Positions 30,001 to 39,400 of a DNA stretch of 64,000 nucleotides are shown piece by piece. Under the pieces are notes generated by a model. The model ran no database searches and was not told where the DNA came from. It saw only the letters and a program-made list of their open reading frames with translations. This DNA comes from Candidatus Poribacteria bacterium. GTDB lineage: Bacteria; Poribacteria; WGA-4E; PCPOR2b. The number at the start of each line of letters is the position of its first letter. The first letter of the stretch is position 1. The position numbers and the translations under genes were made by a program. The stretch covers positions 4,000,001 to 4,064,000 of the forward strand of contig OZ244042.1 in assembly GCA_965215015.1 (NCBI GenBank). Reading direction: 5' to 3'.

Positions 30001-33000
30001 TTACCATCGGCGACACGGGAGGAGTCGAATTGCTCCGGATAGATGGTCTCCCGTTCTTGGATAATCAGAAATTTTTCAAAGCAGGTAGTACCCTCGCTGT
30101 TCTGGTGCGTGACACAGATTTGGATCGGTGGGAGACTGTCGATGTTCTCCTAAATGGCGATCGACTCAAGGACCGGTATCAACTCACCCTGAAAGAGGCA
30201 CCTGACGTTTCGGGCCAATTCACAGGACAATTTAGGACCCAATATGCAACAAGTGCAGACGCCTCCAACAACCTGCTTGAAGTCACGGGCAAAGAGGTCG
30301 TGATGGTTAGCTATGTTGACGCATTAAGTGGCTCTGGAAACACGCAAATTACGGTCACAGACACAGCACAGGTTATGGCTGGTAGTGATGGGGTACTCGA
30401 CATTCTCAAAGCCAACTACGTCACCAATCTGGAAAACTTTAACGCGGGTGACAGGCTCTACGTCCGCCTCTTTGACACGGATATCACCGATGAATCTGTT
30501 AAAATCACGCTCATTGGAGAGCGGTTGAAAGACCACGAAACGGTGCAACTGTTTCCATCCATAGGGGAAGGTGCCCGGGTCTACCCTGTCCAGGGAACTT
30601 TCTTCGGTTTAATCCAAACCGCTTACGACACACAGCGTCAGGAGACGGATGACATCTTGCAAGTGCAAGGCACGGAGAGGGTACGAGCCATTTATATTGA
30701 CGAACTGCAATCTACCGGCGAAACCAATGTCGAATTTCATGATACCTGCACGGCAAATGTCGGTATAACAGGGGAACTCAAGGTCTATAACAAAAGAGAT
30801 TTTGACTACGCTTTGGCTAAAAATCTTGAAATATCGAGTTTTCGAGCCGGTGATACGCTGATTTTGGAAATCCAGGATGCCGATCTCAGCACCACAAACG
30901 CAGTTGCCCAACTGCTTGAAACTGATTTCACTGAAGACACAGTTCAGGATAGTACTAATGTGACTTTGGTTAAAACAGCAGACAGCGTGGACATCTTTCG
31001 CGGTGAGATTAAAACCGACTATGGTAATACTCCTATTCCGAACGACAAGGTCTTACAGGTACAGGGTGAGGGCATTGTGACATGCACTTATATTGATGCG
31101 CTACAGAATACGGGGGCAACGCAGGTGCCGATTCAGGTGGAGCTCTCTGTCGAAACAGGTGATAGTGGTCAACTGGAAATTTACGGGGCGGACAGTGGAA
31201 TCATTATCAGCAGTTCTACTGTGGGCACCGGCAGTTTCAACGCGGGTGAAAGATTAAGGATTCGGTTGAGGGATAAGGATCTGAATCGATCCCCAAGGGT
31301 ATCCGACACTGTACAGATAGTAGTCTTAGGTAATGTCCTCGCTGACAAGGTTCGGATTATTTTGCGTGAGATCTCAAACAACAGTGCGGTTTTTGAGGGA
31401 AATTTATGGACCCAAAAAGGGGAACCATCAATCAGCAAGGATGGCGCACCAATCACCACAGATGAAATCCTACAAATCACGGACAAAGAGGCCATCACCG
31501 CTGTATATCTCGACGAAATTACCACAACCGGTGAAACGGGAGTTCAAACCCAGCTCCAAGCCGTCGTGTTGGGCAGCAGTGCGGGCGTGCTACGCATCGT
31601 TGACGCGTCCGCCGTTGATTCGTTGCTCAATCCCGAGGCAACCATCCCCAGCTTCACATCACCGCCGAGAAATTTTGCTCGCAGCCATGAATTGGGTAGC
31701 TTTAACGCCGGTCAAACAATCGCCTTCTGGCTCGAAGATTTGCTCCTCAGCACAGTTGTCGAAGTCACTGAAGTAAAGATTACGGTCACCGGCGATAAAA
31801 CAGGGGATGAGGTTGAAGTTACACTCTATGAGAAGTCGGGGACTGAAGGAATTTTTATCGGTTCTGTCCCGACCCGATACGGCACAACGCCGATTGCTGA
31901 TGAAACTTTGGAGGTGCAAGGTGACGAAGAGATACAAGCAACCTATACACCGAATTTTCGAGGGGTGAACCCCGTCGTTGAAGATTTCGCTTACGTCAAC
32001 AAAGGAATTCGCGGGTATCTCACAATCACCCGGGGAGATGGAACCCCAGTTGGGCACTTTAATGTGGGGATGCCCCTTCATTTTCGACTGGAGGACGCGG
32101 ACTTGAATCTCGACTCCTTCAAGGTTGAATCGACAGATTTAACGGTTGTAACGGAAGCACAGGAGACGTCAATTATCCTCTATGAGGAAAACGTCAATTC
32201 ACATATCTTCCGGGGACAGATTTCTACACAGTACGGACTAGCGATAATTGACGAATCAACGAACGGCACTTCCTCTTTGGAGGTAGAGGATAAATTACCA
32301 ACCCTTGGATTGGTTGGCGGAGAAACTGTCAGGGTAATCTATAAAGACGTGCTCACGGATACCGGTGAAACCAACATTGAAATCAGCGCGAACTGTCGTG
32401 CGAACTCCATCGCCTGGGCACCGTACACACATCGCCCTGTGTTGATTGATGGACATGAGGATGGTTGGCCCCTTGAGAAAGTTATCAAAACCTCTCAAGA
32501 CGAGGGACTCCTCTGGTTACAGTGGGATCGAGATAACCTTTACGTTCTGGCACAGGTCTATGATGAAAATGTCGTTGTGCCGGATGTCATCGAATATTAT
32601 CGCGGTGCAGATGCATTGGAACTGCACATAGATTTGCAACCGGATGCGGTCAAAAAGCCGAGCTACTTGCAACTGGAGAGCAACCTGAACCGATATGTCC
32701 TCTGGATATGTCCAAAAGGCGGCGGTTTTCACGGCGACCGTCCCTATATTGGACAAGGGGCACCCGAATTTATCCCCAACTATCAAGCGGCGAATCTTGA
32801 TGTGGCGGTGAGACAGCGGGCAAATTACTACCTTATCGAGGCACGTATTCCATTTTTCCCGGTGCTCCGCGGATTTCATCCCCTAAAAACCGGAGGGCAT
32901 AACCGCATCGGCTTCAACTTTGTTATCCACCGATCCGACAATCAAGCAATTTACTGGGCAGCGCAGATGCCAGCGGCAGGTTCGGTGTTTCCAAGCGATT

Positions 33001-33035
33001 TGGGGATGCTGATTCTAGAATCGCCAGTGCCTTAG
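27069..33035 (+). CDS. 1988-aa surface/secreted protein: two discoidin-like domains, CBM9-like domain, eight ~125-aa repeats, CBM9-like domain
   Basis: N-terminal hydrophobic segment; discoidin motifs (DLG...SDDG..Y...GRYIRL..ELEVF); IDG.LDEW..QWD.DNLY..EARIP twice; eight F[NQKR]xG..L...DxD repeats. Confidence 0.85.
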   Translation: MTLKYLILGGSALLLGFLFFPRGAVVPVADQDFIAPIRTLDNEPLHYTGILRTDPIVTTYDLGFVYKIDKAEIHFENPDESGPGQYDILVHTDRAGQRFERAFSYTGSSREYTYPLQALPLPIEARWVQVVINDWFSNKPQLQKDTFRVGPRYQSHSPILVLDANYNATELQQLGDLLPFESSKWVAAQRIEKEVRQGDGKKATEISYKRPTSAIHVTGDLGSNQKIYGVRLTTDGPGNNLKRYQFSVSDDGRAYTEVYVSHTLADEVATHFRQFQMPISGRYIRLQIEQGDWYGDYPEIRELEVFTDTYRLPPLINARLDEYNAVQMHYENLGEGGNALAPHLVQGFAFDRDVGDESRYRLPEGDASDAVEAGNTPSQRSFAYHYDTVSLRFTDLQPSLLYWLKVTYLQEKGGIRIQNLDVDGFLLHGALVLPRGRAESYTYAIPSEAYTDGEIGLHFNRLAGPNAAVSEVSIFEAHPTTGVDHAHTESAELNGTTIGQAIRMSEKVVIDGTLDEWPLLYPMLSQGYDNPADSPVVLYAQWDDDNLYIAGIINRHAEPNPKPRKSRGNEALHLFVDTTLRQSPGMYTSSEHHLVFTILDPHRPQPRVHPSQIHHHLDAIPKNIDFHEHIEAQAAKTKTGYIVEARIPKDLVLNAFQPAIDRSIGLNYIMVNLNLAKGPSGWFAYASDELTAPPSRWNEVELVNRVSGSTMLMDARAAQSITSFNAGDTLTLCVWDADRNTDRHQVEWIEAKLRNDTSRQSMPIVLHESDFTSLTDDNPNNDFDRNSSLFAAKIATAYGGSVEGGADSQTLFVRGGETVSLRYIDPYYSSTQQDRTVSTTVGVNIGLTGTIAITTKSGEPVEAFQLGETLYIQVEDSDLLKEIGKSADQAVGALTPHDMGIIVQLVVPETGETEPVKLTYQPEQRRYVGSIATGYSKAPAPNDGRLDALGEQIAAAIYIDKIQSTGETNVPVSAQASVTIGDTGGVELLRIDGLPFLDNQKFFKAGSTLAVLVRDTDLDRWETVDVLLNGDRLKDRYQLTLKEAPDVSGQFTGQFRTQYATSADASNNLLEVTGKEVVMVSYVDALSGSGNTQITVTDTAQVMAGSDGVLDILKANYVTNLENFNAGDRLYVRLFDTDITDESVKITLIGERLKDHETVQLFPSIGEGARVYPVQGTFFGLIQTAYDTQRQETDDILQVQGTERVRAIYIDELQSTGETNVEFHDTCTANVGITGELKVYNKRDFDYALAKNLEISSFRAGDTLILEIQDADLSTTNAVAQLLETDFTEDTVQDSTNVTLVKTADSVDIFRGEIKTDYGNTPIPNDKVLQVQGEGIVTCTYIDALQNTGATQVPIQVELSVETGDSGQLEIYGADSGIIISSSTVGTGSFNAGERLRIRLRDKDLNRSPRVSDTVQIVVLGNVLADKVRIILREISNNSAVFEGNLWTQKGEPSISKDGAPITTDEILQITDKEAITAVYLDEITTTGETGVQTQLQAVVLGSSAGVLRIVDASAVDSLLNPEATIPSFTSPPRNFARSHELGSFNAGQTIAFWLEDLLLSTVVEVTEVKITVTGDKTGDEVEVTLYEKSGTEGIFIGSVPTRYGTTPIADETLEVQGDEEIQATYTPNFRGVNPVVEDFAYVNKGIRGYLTITRGDGTPVGHFNVGMPLHFRLEDADLNLDSFKVESTDLTVVTEAQETSIILYEENVNSHIFRGQISTQYGLAIIDESTNGTSSLEVEDKLPTLGLVGGETVRVIYKDVLTDTGETNIEISANCRANSIAWAPYTHRPVLIDGHEDGWPLEKVIKTSQDEGLLWLQWDRDNLYVLAQVYDENVVVPDVIEYYRGADALELHIDLQPDAVKKPSYLQLESNLNRYVLWICPKGGGFHGDRPYIGQGAPEFIPNYQAANLDVAVRQRANYYLIEARIPFFPVLRGFHPLKTGGHNRIGFNFVIHRSDNQAIYWAAQMPAAGSVFPSDLGMLILESPVP

Positions 33036-33266
33036 ATTGTGGACTGATAATTTATAGAAACCTCAGTTGCTAGTTGCGTTATAATACTACATACCTGTCG
33101 CCTCGCTGAGGCTATGTTGGTTCATTAGTACAATTAATGAACTTTTGAACGAATGAACTCTTGAGGTTAAGGCTACTAGCAACTTGCGTTATAGAAACAG
33201 ATGAGAATCAATACAATCCCGAAAAGATACCGTTCACCTCTTCCATCTGGACCTTCCTGTTTTTTG

Positions 33267-33295
33267 TTGACGTGCCTAACCCGAAGTGATATGAT
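33267..33295 (+). promoter_or_regulatory. Sigma-70 promoter
   Basis: TTGACG-N17-TATGAT upstream of the M28-mobA-moeA genes. Confidence 0.55.
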
Positions 33296-33337
33296 TGAGA
33301 AACAGTATTTTACCGTGTGAAAGGGCTCACAACTTAA

Positions 33338-34498
33338 TTGAAATTTGACGCTCAGCAAGCGTATCATCACATTGTCCAACTCGCTCATCCTAGGGCGGTT
33401 GGTAGTGCTGGAGAATCCAGAGCAAGAGCTTACATCGTTGCACAGTTTACAAGGCTTGGGTTGAACGTAGAGCAAGAACGATTCGACTTTAGCCTATTCC
33501 TCGCAGAGGTCTTGCCTCGTTTAATTTCCGTTGCCTACACCGTTGGCATAATAGCGGCCTGCTGGATGACCCCCAGACAGCCGCTATATGCGAGTTTTTT
33601 ATGCGTTGGTATGTTGCTGATTGCCCTGTCACTTACGCGCTGGCAAAAAAAATTGGAGTGGCTATATGGTGTCGGCAAAACACATAATTCAGAAAATATC
33701 GTTGCCACAAGTGCCTCACCAACCGGGGGGACCTCTGACCTTATCTTCGTCGCCCATTACGACTCTAAGTCGCAGGTGCTGCCGATTGGAGTAAGAGCAT
33801 TATGCTATTGTATTGCCATCGGAGGGTTAATCGGGTTGACGCTGCTGGTACTTATTCAGCATACTTTGAACGTTCAGGTGTCTCCGTTCTTGATTTGGGC
33901 GATTGGTGTTCCTATCTGTTCGTGCTTAACCCTCTTGCAGTTTAACTTCACACAAAACCGTTCCCCCGGCGCATTTGACAACGCTTCAGGGGTCGGTGTG
34001 TTGCTAGAGCTCGCCCGCTGCCTTACAGAGAATCCGTGGTCCCATATGATGCACCTAACTTTTCTATCGTCGGGAGCGGAGGAGTATGGGATGTGCGGTG
34101 CGCTGCGCTATGTTCAACAGCATGCAACAGATTACAATCCGAATCGGACCTACGTGGTCAACCTTGACGGTGTCGGTGCAGCCGGGAGGTTGACGCTTGT
34201 AACATCTTATGGGATCCCACCTGTGGTCACCAGTAGGAAGCTCGGTTCGGCGATAGTTGCATGTGGGCAGGAAATTGGCGTTGAAGTTTCGGAGGTCTAC
34301 TCACCGGCTGGCATTGGATCTGATCAACTCCCGATTGCCAGTCGAGGCTTTGAGACCGTTACGCTATCGTCAGGCGGCTTTGGCAAGGCTGCCTTCAAGA
34401 TTCATTCCAAACGGGATGGGATTGATTTAGTTCATCAAGATGCCTTACAACGGGTCGGGGATGTACTTGTGCGTTTTGTACAGAACACAGATTTTTAG
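33338..34498 (+). CDS. M28 family peptidase with inserted TM hairpins
   Basis: AHYDS, GAFDNASG, GAEEYG, NLDG, SD, IHS..D; TTG start. Confidence 0.85.
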   Translation: MKFDAQQAYHHIVQLAHPRAVGSAGESRARAYIVAQFTRLGLNVEQERFDFSLFLAEVLPRLISVAYTVGIIAACWMTPRQPLYASFLCVGMLLIALSLTRWQKKLEWLYGVGKTHNSENIVATSASPTGGTSDLIFVAHYDSKSQVLPIGVRALCYCIAIGGLIGLTLLVLIQHTLNVQVSPFLIWAIGVPICSCLTLLQFNFTQNRSPGAFDNASGVGVLLELARCLTENPWSHMMHLTFLSSGAEEYGMCGALRYVQQHATDYNPNRTYVVNLDGVGAAGRLTLVTSYGIPPVVTSRKLGSAIVACGQEIGVEVSEVYSPAGIGSDQLPIASRGFETVTLSSGGFGKAAFKIHSKRDGIDLVHQDALQRVGDVLVRFVQNTDF

Positions 34499-34514
34499 GC
34501 TTTCGCGGATTACC

Positions 34515-35144
34515 ATGGAAACCGTAGACACTCCAGTTACAGGTGTGATACTTGCTGGCGGTCAAAGCCGGCGAATGGGACAAAACAAAGCTCTGATGTT
34601 TTTAGGAGATGAGCCACTCATCGTACAGGTCGTCCGTCAGATGGAATTGGTCACAGATGAACTCCTGTTAATCACGAACGAACCAAATCTATACACAGGC
34701 TTGAAGGTGCCAATGTATACGGATATGCTGCCAGATATGGGAGCATTAGGAGGTCTCCAGACAGGATTAACTTACGCAACAAACAGTACTATACTCTGTG
34801 TCGGCTGCGATATGCCGCTGCTACAACCGAATCTCCTATCTCACCTAACTACCCTCCTCGGTAATTATGATGCTGTGGTCCCGTGTGTTGAAGCAGCAGA
34901 CCGGTCGACCATCGTATTTCAAACCTTGTCCGCTGTTTATTCCAAGGGGTGTTTGCCTGTCATCGATGGGATGCTGGCAGCAGGTGAATTGCGCGTTCAT
35001 GCACTGTATGATCGGATTGATACTCGTATTGTCCAACCGCATGAATGGCAGGCGTTCGATCCACAGGGCCTTTCGTTTTTTAACATTAACACACCTGAAG
35101 ATTTTGAAAAGGCTAACAGATATATTAGAGAGGGCTTACGTTAA
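34515..35144 (+). CDS. mobA: Molybdenum cofactor guanylyltransferase
   Basis: ILAGGQSRRMGQNKA, GCDMP, FFNINTPEDF. Confidence 0.93.
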   Translation: METVDTPVTGVILAGGQSRRMGQNKALMFLGDEPLIVQVVRQMELVTDELLLITNEPNLYTGLKVPMYTDMLPDMGALGGLQTGLTYATNSTILCVGCDMPLLQPNLLSHLTTLLGNYDAVVPCVEAADRSTIVFQTLSAVYSKGCLPVIDGMLAAGELRVHALYDRIDTRIVQPHEWQAFDPQGLSFFNINTPEDFEKANRYIREGLR

Positions 35145-35277
35145 AAGAAAGTACAAAACGCCAAGAGGGTGAAAGGTAATGCCCCAATCGGGAGAACACC
35201 CGGAACATTTGCGGGACACACCGGGTATTGGGGGTGCCCCTACGGTGTCTTTTGCACGATTTTTTAACATGAGCCAT
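35133..35277. mobile_element. MITE between mobA and moeA
   Basis: TIRs GGCTTACGTTAAAA / TTTTAACATGAGCC; the left TIR contains the mobA stop codon; internal REP-like hairpin. Confidence 0.55.
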
Positions 35278-35291
35278 TGGAGGAAATCATC

Positions 35292-36494
35292 ATGCTAACT
35301 GTTGAAGAAGCACGGCAGCGAATGTTAGATACCATCAGCACTTTACCCGCAGAAACGCGAGACATTTTAGACAGCCTCGGTGCAATCCTTGCTGAAGATG
35401 TTTATGCCAGCGAGAACATACCACCATTTCATAATTCAGCGATGGACGGCTTCGCTGTCGTTGCCGAAGATGTATCGCATGCTTCCAAAGCGCGGCCGGT
35501 CCGGCTTTCGGTCGTTGAGACAATTCAGGCGGGCTATGCACCCATAGCCTGTATCCAGCGTGGAAGTGCTGCACGCATCATGACAGGCGCGATGATGCCT
35601 GAAGGCGCGGATGCCGTTGTAATGAAGGAAGTGACCGAATTGGAAGGGGAGCAAGTCATAATCTTTGAGGGAGTGGAAACAAATGAGAATGTCCGGTTCA
35701 CCGGCGAAAGTGTGAAGCACGGCGATTTGGTCATGTCAAAAGGGAAACTTATCCGCCCGCAGGAAATCGCGATGTTTGCTTCGCTCAACCGATCTGAAGT
35801 CGAAGTTTACAAACGCCCGAAAGTTGCGGTGGTTTCCACAGGTGATGAGCTGACACCACTGGGAGAGCCCCTCGGGGCAGGCAAGATCCGGGACAGTAAC
35901 CGCTACGGTATCTGTGCCCAGATTGAGGAGGCCGGCTGCTATCCCATTGATATGGGAATTGCCCGCGACGATGAGGCAGAGACAGAGCATAAGTTCCGCG
36001 AAGCGTTGGATGGGGCGGATGCCCTTATTACCAGTGGTGGGGTCTCTGTCGGAGAGTTCGACGTTGTCAAAACGGTGCTATCTAAGCTCGGTGAAATCAA
36101 TTTTTGGCGGGTGGCAATGAAGCCGGGGAAACCGCAGGCTTACGGTATCGCTGATGGCAAGCCTATCTTTGGGCTACCGGGGAATCCGGTTTCCTCGTTG
36201 GTCGTGTTTGAGCTCTTTGTCCGTCCTGCTCTCCTCAAAATGGCGGGACATTTGGAGCTGCTCCGTCCGACCTTCGGGGCGATTTTGGAAGAAAATGTGT
36301 CCAACAGAGATGGGCGTGTCAGCTTTATGCGGTCAATTATCATCTCACGTGACGGAAAGTATTACGCGAAGACGACGGGGCCGCAGGGATCCGGTATCCT
36401 CCACTCACTTGTCTTAGCCAACGGTTTTATCGTTATTCCAGCAGGTGTAACAATAACCGCCGGAGAAACAGTAGAAGCACAGTTTATGGGGTAA
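35292..36494 (+). CDS. moeA: Molybdopterin molybdotransferase MoeA
   Basis: SAMDGFA, IMTGA, STGDEL, TSGGVSVG, KPGKP, LPGNPVS. Confidence 0.95.
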   Translation: MLTVEEARQRMLDTISTLPAETRDILDSLGAILAEDVYASENIPPFHNSAMDGFAVVAEDVSHASKARPVRLSVVETIQAGYAPIACIQRGSAARIMTGAMMPEGADAVVMKEVTELEGEQVIIFEGVETNENVRFTGESVKHGDLVMSKGKLIRPQEIAMFASLNRSEVEVYKRPKVAVVSTGDELTPLGEPLGAGKIRDSNRYGICAQIEEAGCYPIDMGIARDDEAETEHKFREALDGADALITSGGVSVGEFDVVKTVLSKLGEINFWRVAMKPGKPQAYGIADGKPIFGLPGNPVSSLVVFELFVRPALLKMAGHLELLRPTFGAILEENVSNRDGRVSFMRSIIISRDGKYYAKTTGPQGSGILHSLVLANGFIVIPAGVTITAGETVEAQFMG

Positions 36495-36557
36495 GTAAAG
36501 GGTAAAGTTATTACTCCCTACTACAACATTCCCCATTTCCCCACAAATTGGATCGAA

Positions 36558-37703
36558 TCACCTGTCTATGCGGTTTGCTTCAATATAATCCCAATCGTAC
36601 TCTATACCCAGACCGGGTTTCTGCGAAACGATGACATTGCCTTGAGCGTCTATTGGATCTGTAATTGCCTTCAAATAGGGTGGGGGCTGCTCATAATTGA
36701 CGCCGGGGCGTAAGAGGCCTCGCTCATAATACCGGCAGGTGGCTTCGGGTGCCGCACAAGCCAGATGGACATGGGGGGCACCGGTGCCGTGCAGTTCACA
36801 CTGTATGCCGTAAGCCTGACAAAGATTAATCAACTTCCAGCAGCCTGTAATCCCCCCGTAGAAGATGTCGATGCGCATCATATCGGACGCTCCCTGTAGT
36901 ATCCATTCTGCTCGGCTAAACACGCCGCCCGGAACGTGTTCTGGGGAGCAAATAGCAATGTCCAACTCACGGGCGAGTCGCCGGTACGCTTCAACACGGG
37001 TTTCAATCATGGGATGCTCCAACCAGTAGTAATTGAGTTTCTCCAACTCCCGCCCTACCCAGATTGCTTCATCTAAGGTATAAACACCGAATGGGTCCAG
37101 CATCAGCACCATACCATCTCCTACCGCCTCGCGCACCGCTCTGCAGACTTCGACATCTTCTTTGGGAAAGCCCGGCAGTTGAGGTGCTGGCTCTTCGGTG
37201 TGCGGGTTCCAACAGATGTAGGCGTGGACCTTGTATGCCGTGTAACCCTCCGCTTTACAAGCAAGTGCATGTTCGGCATAAACCTCGGGACCGCCTAGGT
37301 TGGGGTAGGTGCTTGCATAGGCTTTGACCTGATCACGGGCACCGCCTAGCAGTTGGTAAACCGGGATACCTGCCTTGTTGCCCAATAGATCCCGCAGCGC
37401 GCAATCGATCACTCCCATTTCGCCTTCTGACGGCCTATGACTGAAAGTGGACATCTGATCCATCCAGTGCCAGATTTGTTCTCGATGCAACGGGTTTTCT
37501 CCGAGAAGGAGTGGCTTGATAACCCCCTCCATCGTGGCTTTGTCGCCTCCAAGCATATATCCGTTGATGCCTTCGTCAGTCGAAATCTTGGTGACTGTTC
37601 CCACGCTCTCCACTTCGTCTCCCCAGACCCCATATCCCCATTTGGTGGGGTGGCCCTGGGTCGTTGTCCGAAACTGAATGACTTCTACATCAGTTATTTT
37701 CAT
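36558..37703 (-). CDS. Mandelate racemase/muconate lactonizing (enolase superfamily) enzyme
   Basis: LLGG..D.VKAYAS, YKVH (KxH variant), LMLD, WLEHP, ELHG, PGLG. Confidence 0.88.
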   Translation of the reverse strand: MKITDVEVIQFRTTTQGHPTKWGYGVWGDEVESVGTVTKISTDEGINGYMLGGDKATMEGVIKPLLLGENPLHREQIWHWMDQMSTFSHRPSEGEMGVIDCALRDLLGNKAGIPVYQLLGGARDQVKAYASTYPNLGGPEVYAEHALACKAEGYTAYKVHAYICWNPHTEEPAPQLPGFPKEDVEVCRAVREAVGDGMVLMLDPFGVYTLDEAIWVGRELEKLNYYWLEHPMIETRVEAYRRLARELDIAICSPEHVPGGVFSRAEWILQGASDMMRIDIFYGGITGCWKLINLCQAYGIQCELHGTGAPHVHLACAAPEATCRYYERGLLRPGVNYEQPPPYLKAITDPIDAQGNVIVSQKPGLGIEYDWDYIEANRIDR

Positions 37704-38089
37704 AGTTCTTCTCCTGTATCAATATGGCGGTTAGTTGGTCAATCGTTGAGATATGAATCTCGACCTACAGGATTTTAGGTTATATCCTCTTGTGCTCATT
37801 GATACGAGTTTGCTGAAATGAAGGGGAACATAAATAGGTTCTGAATAGGTAGTCCCAACCCGTTAGACAAGGGAACCAAGTCCCTACGAAGGAGACAAGC
37901 ACCCCTACCCTAATCAAGTGATGACGCGCCTCGAATTATGTCCCCCACTGAAATGACCCCATCTACGAGATAAAAACGATAGATCGAATATAGGTTGTAT
38001 GATATACTAAAACGTACCGATTTGTCGACAAGAAACTTATCCCGATAAAATTGATATGTGTAGAATTGGCAATAGAGAAGGAGGTTCAA

Positions 38090-39115
38090 ATGGCAAAAAT
38101 AACTCCCCGTTTTTTGACTGCGGAACGTGGTGTCGAATACCTATTGAAGCAAACGCCCCCCCTGCATTTCGCCGGAACATCAAAGACAGAATGGCAGGAG
38201 TGGCGAAAAGCTTTTCGACGTAAGTTAGTCAAAGACCTCGGTCCAAAACCAGAAGCCATCCCCCTAGAAGTCGAAGTGTTAGAACGGACAGAGATGGACG
38301 GATATATGCGTGAAAAGATTATTTTCAATCCCGATCCTTTTTCTTCTATTCCTGCTTATGTTTTGAGCCCCGAGGGGGCAGATCCGGACAATCAGTGTCC
38401 GGCAGTACTTTGTGCACACGGACACGGAATTGGAAAGGATCCGCTCGCTGGGTTAGGTGAGGATTATCAGAAACAGTTTGCCGTCGAGTTGGCGCGGCAG
38501 GGATTCGTTACGATTGCACCCGACTGGCGCACTTTTGGTGAACGCAAAGATCGGGATGAATGGGTTCGCCATCCCGGACGTGACGGCTGCAATGTCGCCT
38601 ACATGGCATACGGCTACTTCGGATATCAACTGCTCCAACTCGATATCTGTGATGCACAACGATGTCTAGACTACCTACAATCTCGACCCGATGTGAATGG
38701 GAAAAAGCTTGGCTGCATGGGTTGTTCGTTTGGCGGGACAATGACAACCTACGTTTCTGCGTTGGATCAGCGAATCAGGGCAGCTGTTATCGTTTGCTAC
38801 CTCAGTACCTTGACCGATGCGCTTAATGACCGGGGACGTGGAAATACGTGCGGCTCCCAGTTCATGTTTGGGTTGCGTGGGCACGGTGACATCTCAGATG
38901 TTGCTGGCTTAATTGCACCACGTCCCTGCATGGCGCAAATAGCATCTGACGATAATTGCTTCATCGCGGCGGATGCCAAAAGTGCGTTCGACCATCTTGA
39001 GCAGATTTATGCTGCCTCTGGTCGTCCAGCTAACCTTGAACTGGATTACTTTGAAGGAGGACATGAGGTTGATGTTGCCCCGGGTCTCGCCTTTCTCAAG
39101 AACCATTTGATGTAG
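38090..39115 (+). CDS. Alpha/beta hydrolase (dienelactone hydrolase/acetyl xylan esterase-like)
   Basis: CAHGHG, GCSFGG nucleophile, LIAPRP, GGHE; AGGAGG SD before the ATG at 38090. Confidence 0.87.
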   Translation: MAKITPRFLTAERGVEYLLKQTPPLHFAGTSKTEWQEWRKAFRRKLVKDLGPKPEAIPLEVEVLERTEMDGYMREKIIFNPDPFSSIPAYVLSPEGADPDNQCPAVLCAHGHGIGKDPLAGLGEDYQKQFAVELARQGFVTIAPDWRTFGERKDRDEWVRHPGRDGCNVAYMAYGYFGYQLLQLDICDAQRCLDYLQSRPDVNGKKLGCMGCSFGGTMTTYVSALDQRIRAAVIVCYLSTLTDALNDRGRGNTCGSQFMFGLRGHGDISDVAGLIAPRPCMAQIASDDNCFIAADAKSAFDHLEQIYAASGRPANLELDYFEGGHEVDVAPGLAFLKNHLM

Positions 39116-39400
39116 GCTCTTGAGATGAACCTTGTCGTCAAAGCTACGATTTAAGATAAATCTAGAAAGTTATTTTGAGTCGATCAATTTTCCAAAATCG
39201 AAAATATCGAGAACAGCGCGCTATAGTCCGGTATTTTCAATCTGCTCGGATTATTGCGCGGGGGTCCGGGTGTTTTGTCGAAATATGAATCTCGACCTAC
39301 GGGCTACCTACCGCTTGAGCGCGTAGGTCAGACTAGGAACCCCGCACTGGAATAGATGGCAACTTGAGTTATAATAATTGGTATTCTTTGGAAGGTTATC

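Noticed and set aside
35145-35290. Moco riboswitch before moeA
   Set aside because: No Moco consensus (CCUAA/AUGG, GGAAAC, GCCUCC); the region is bounded by TIRs and better explained as a MITE
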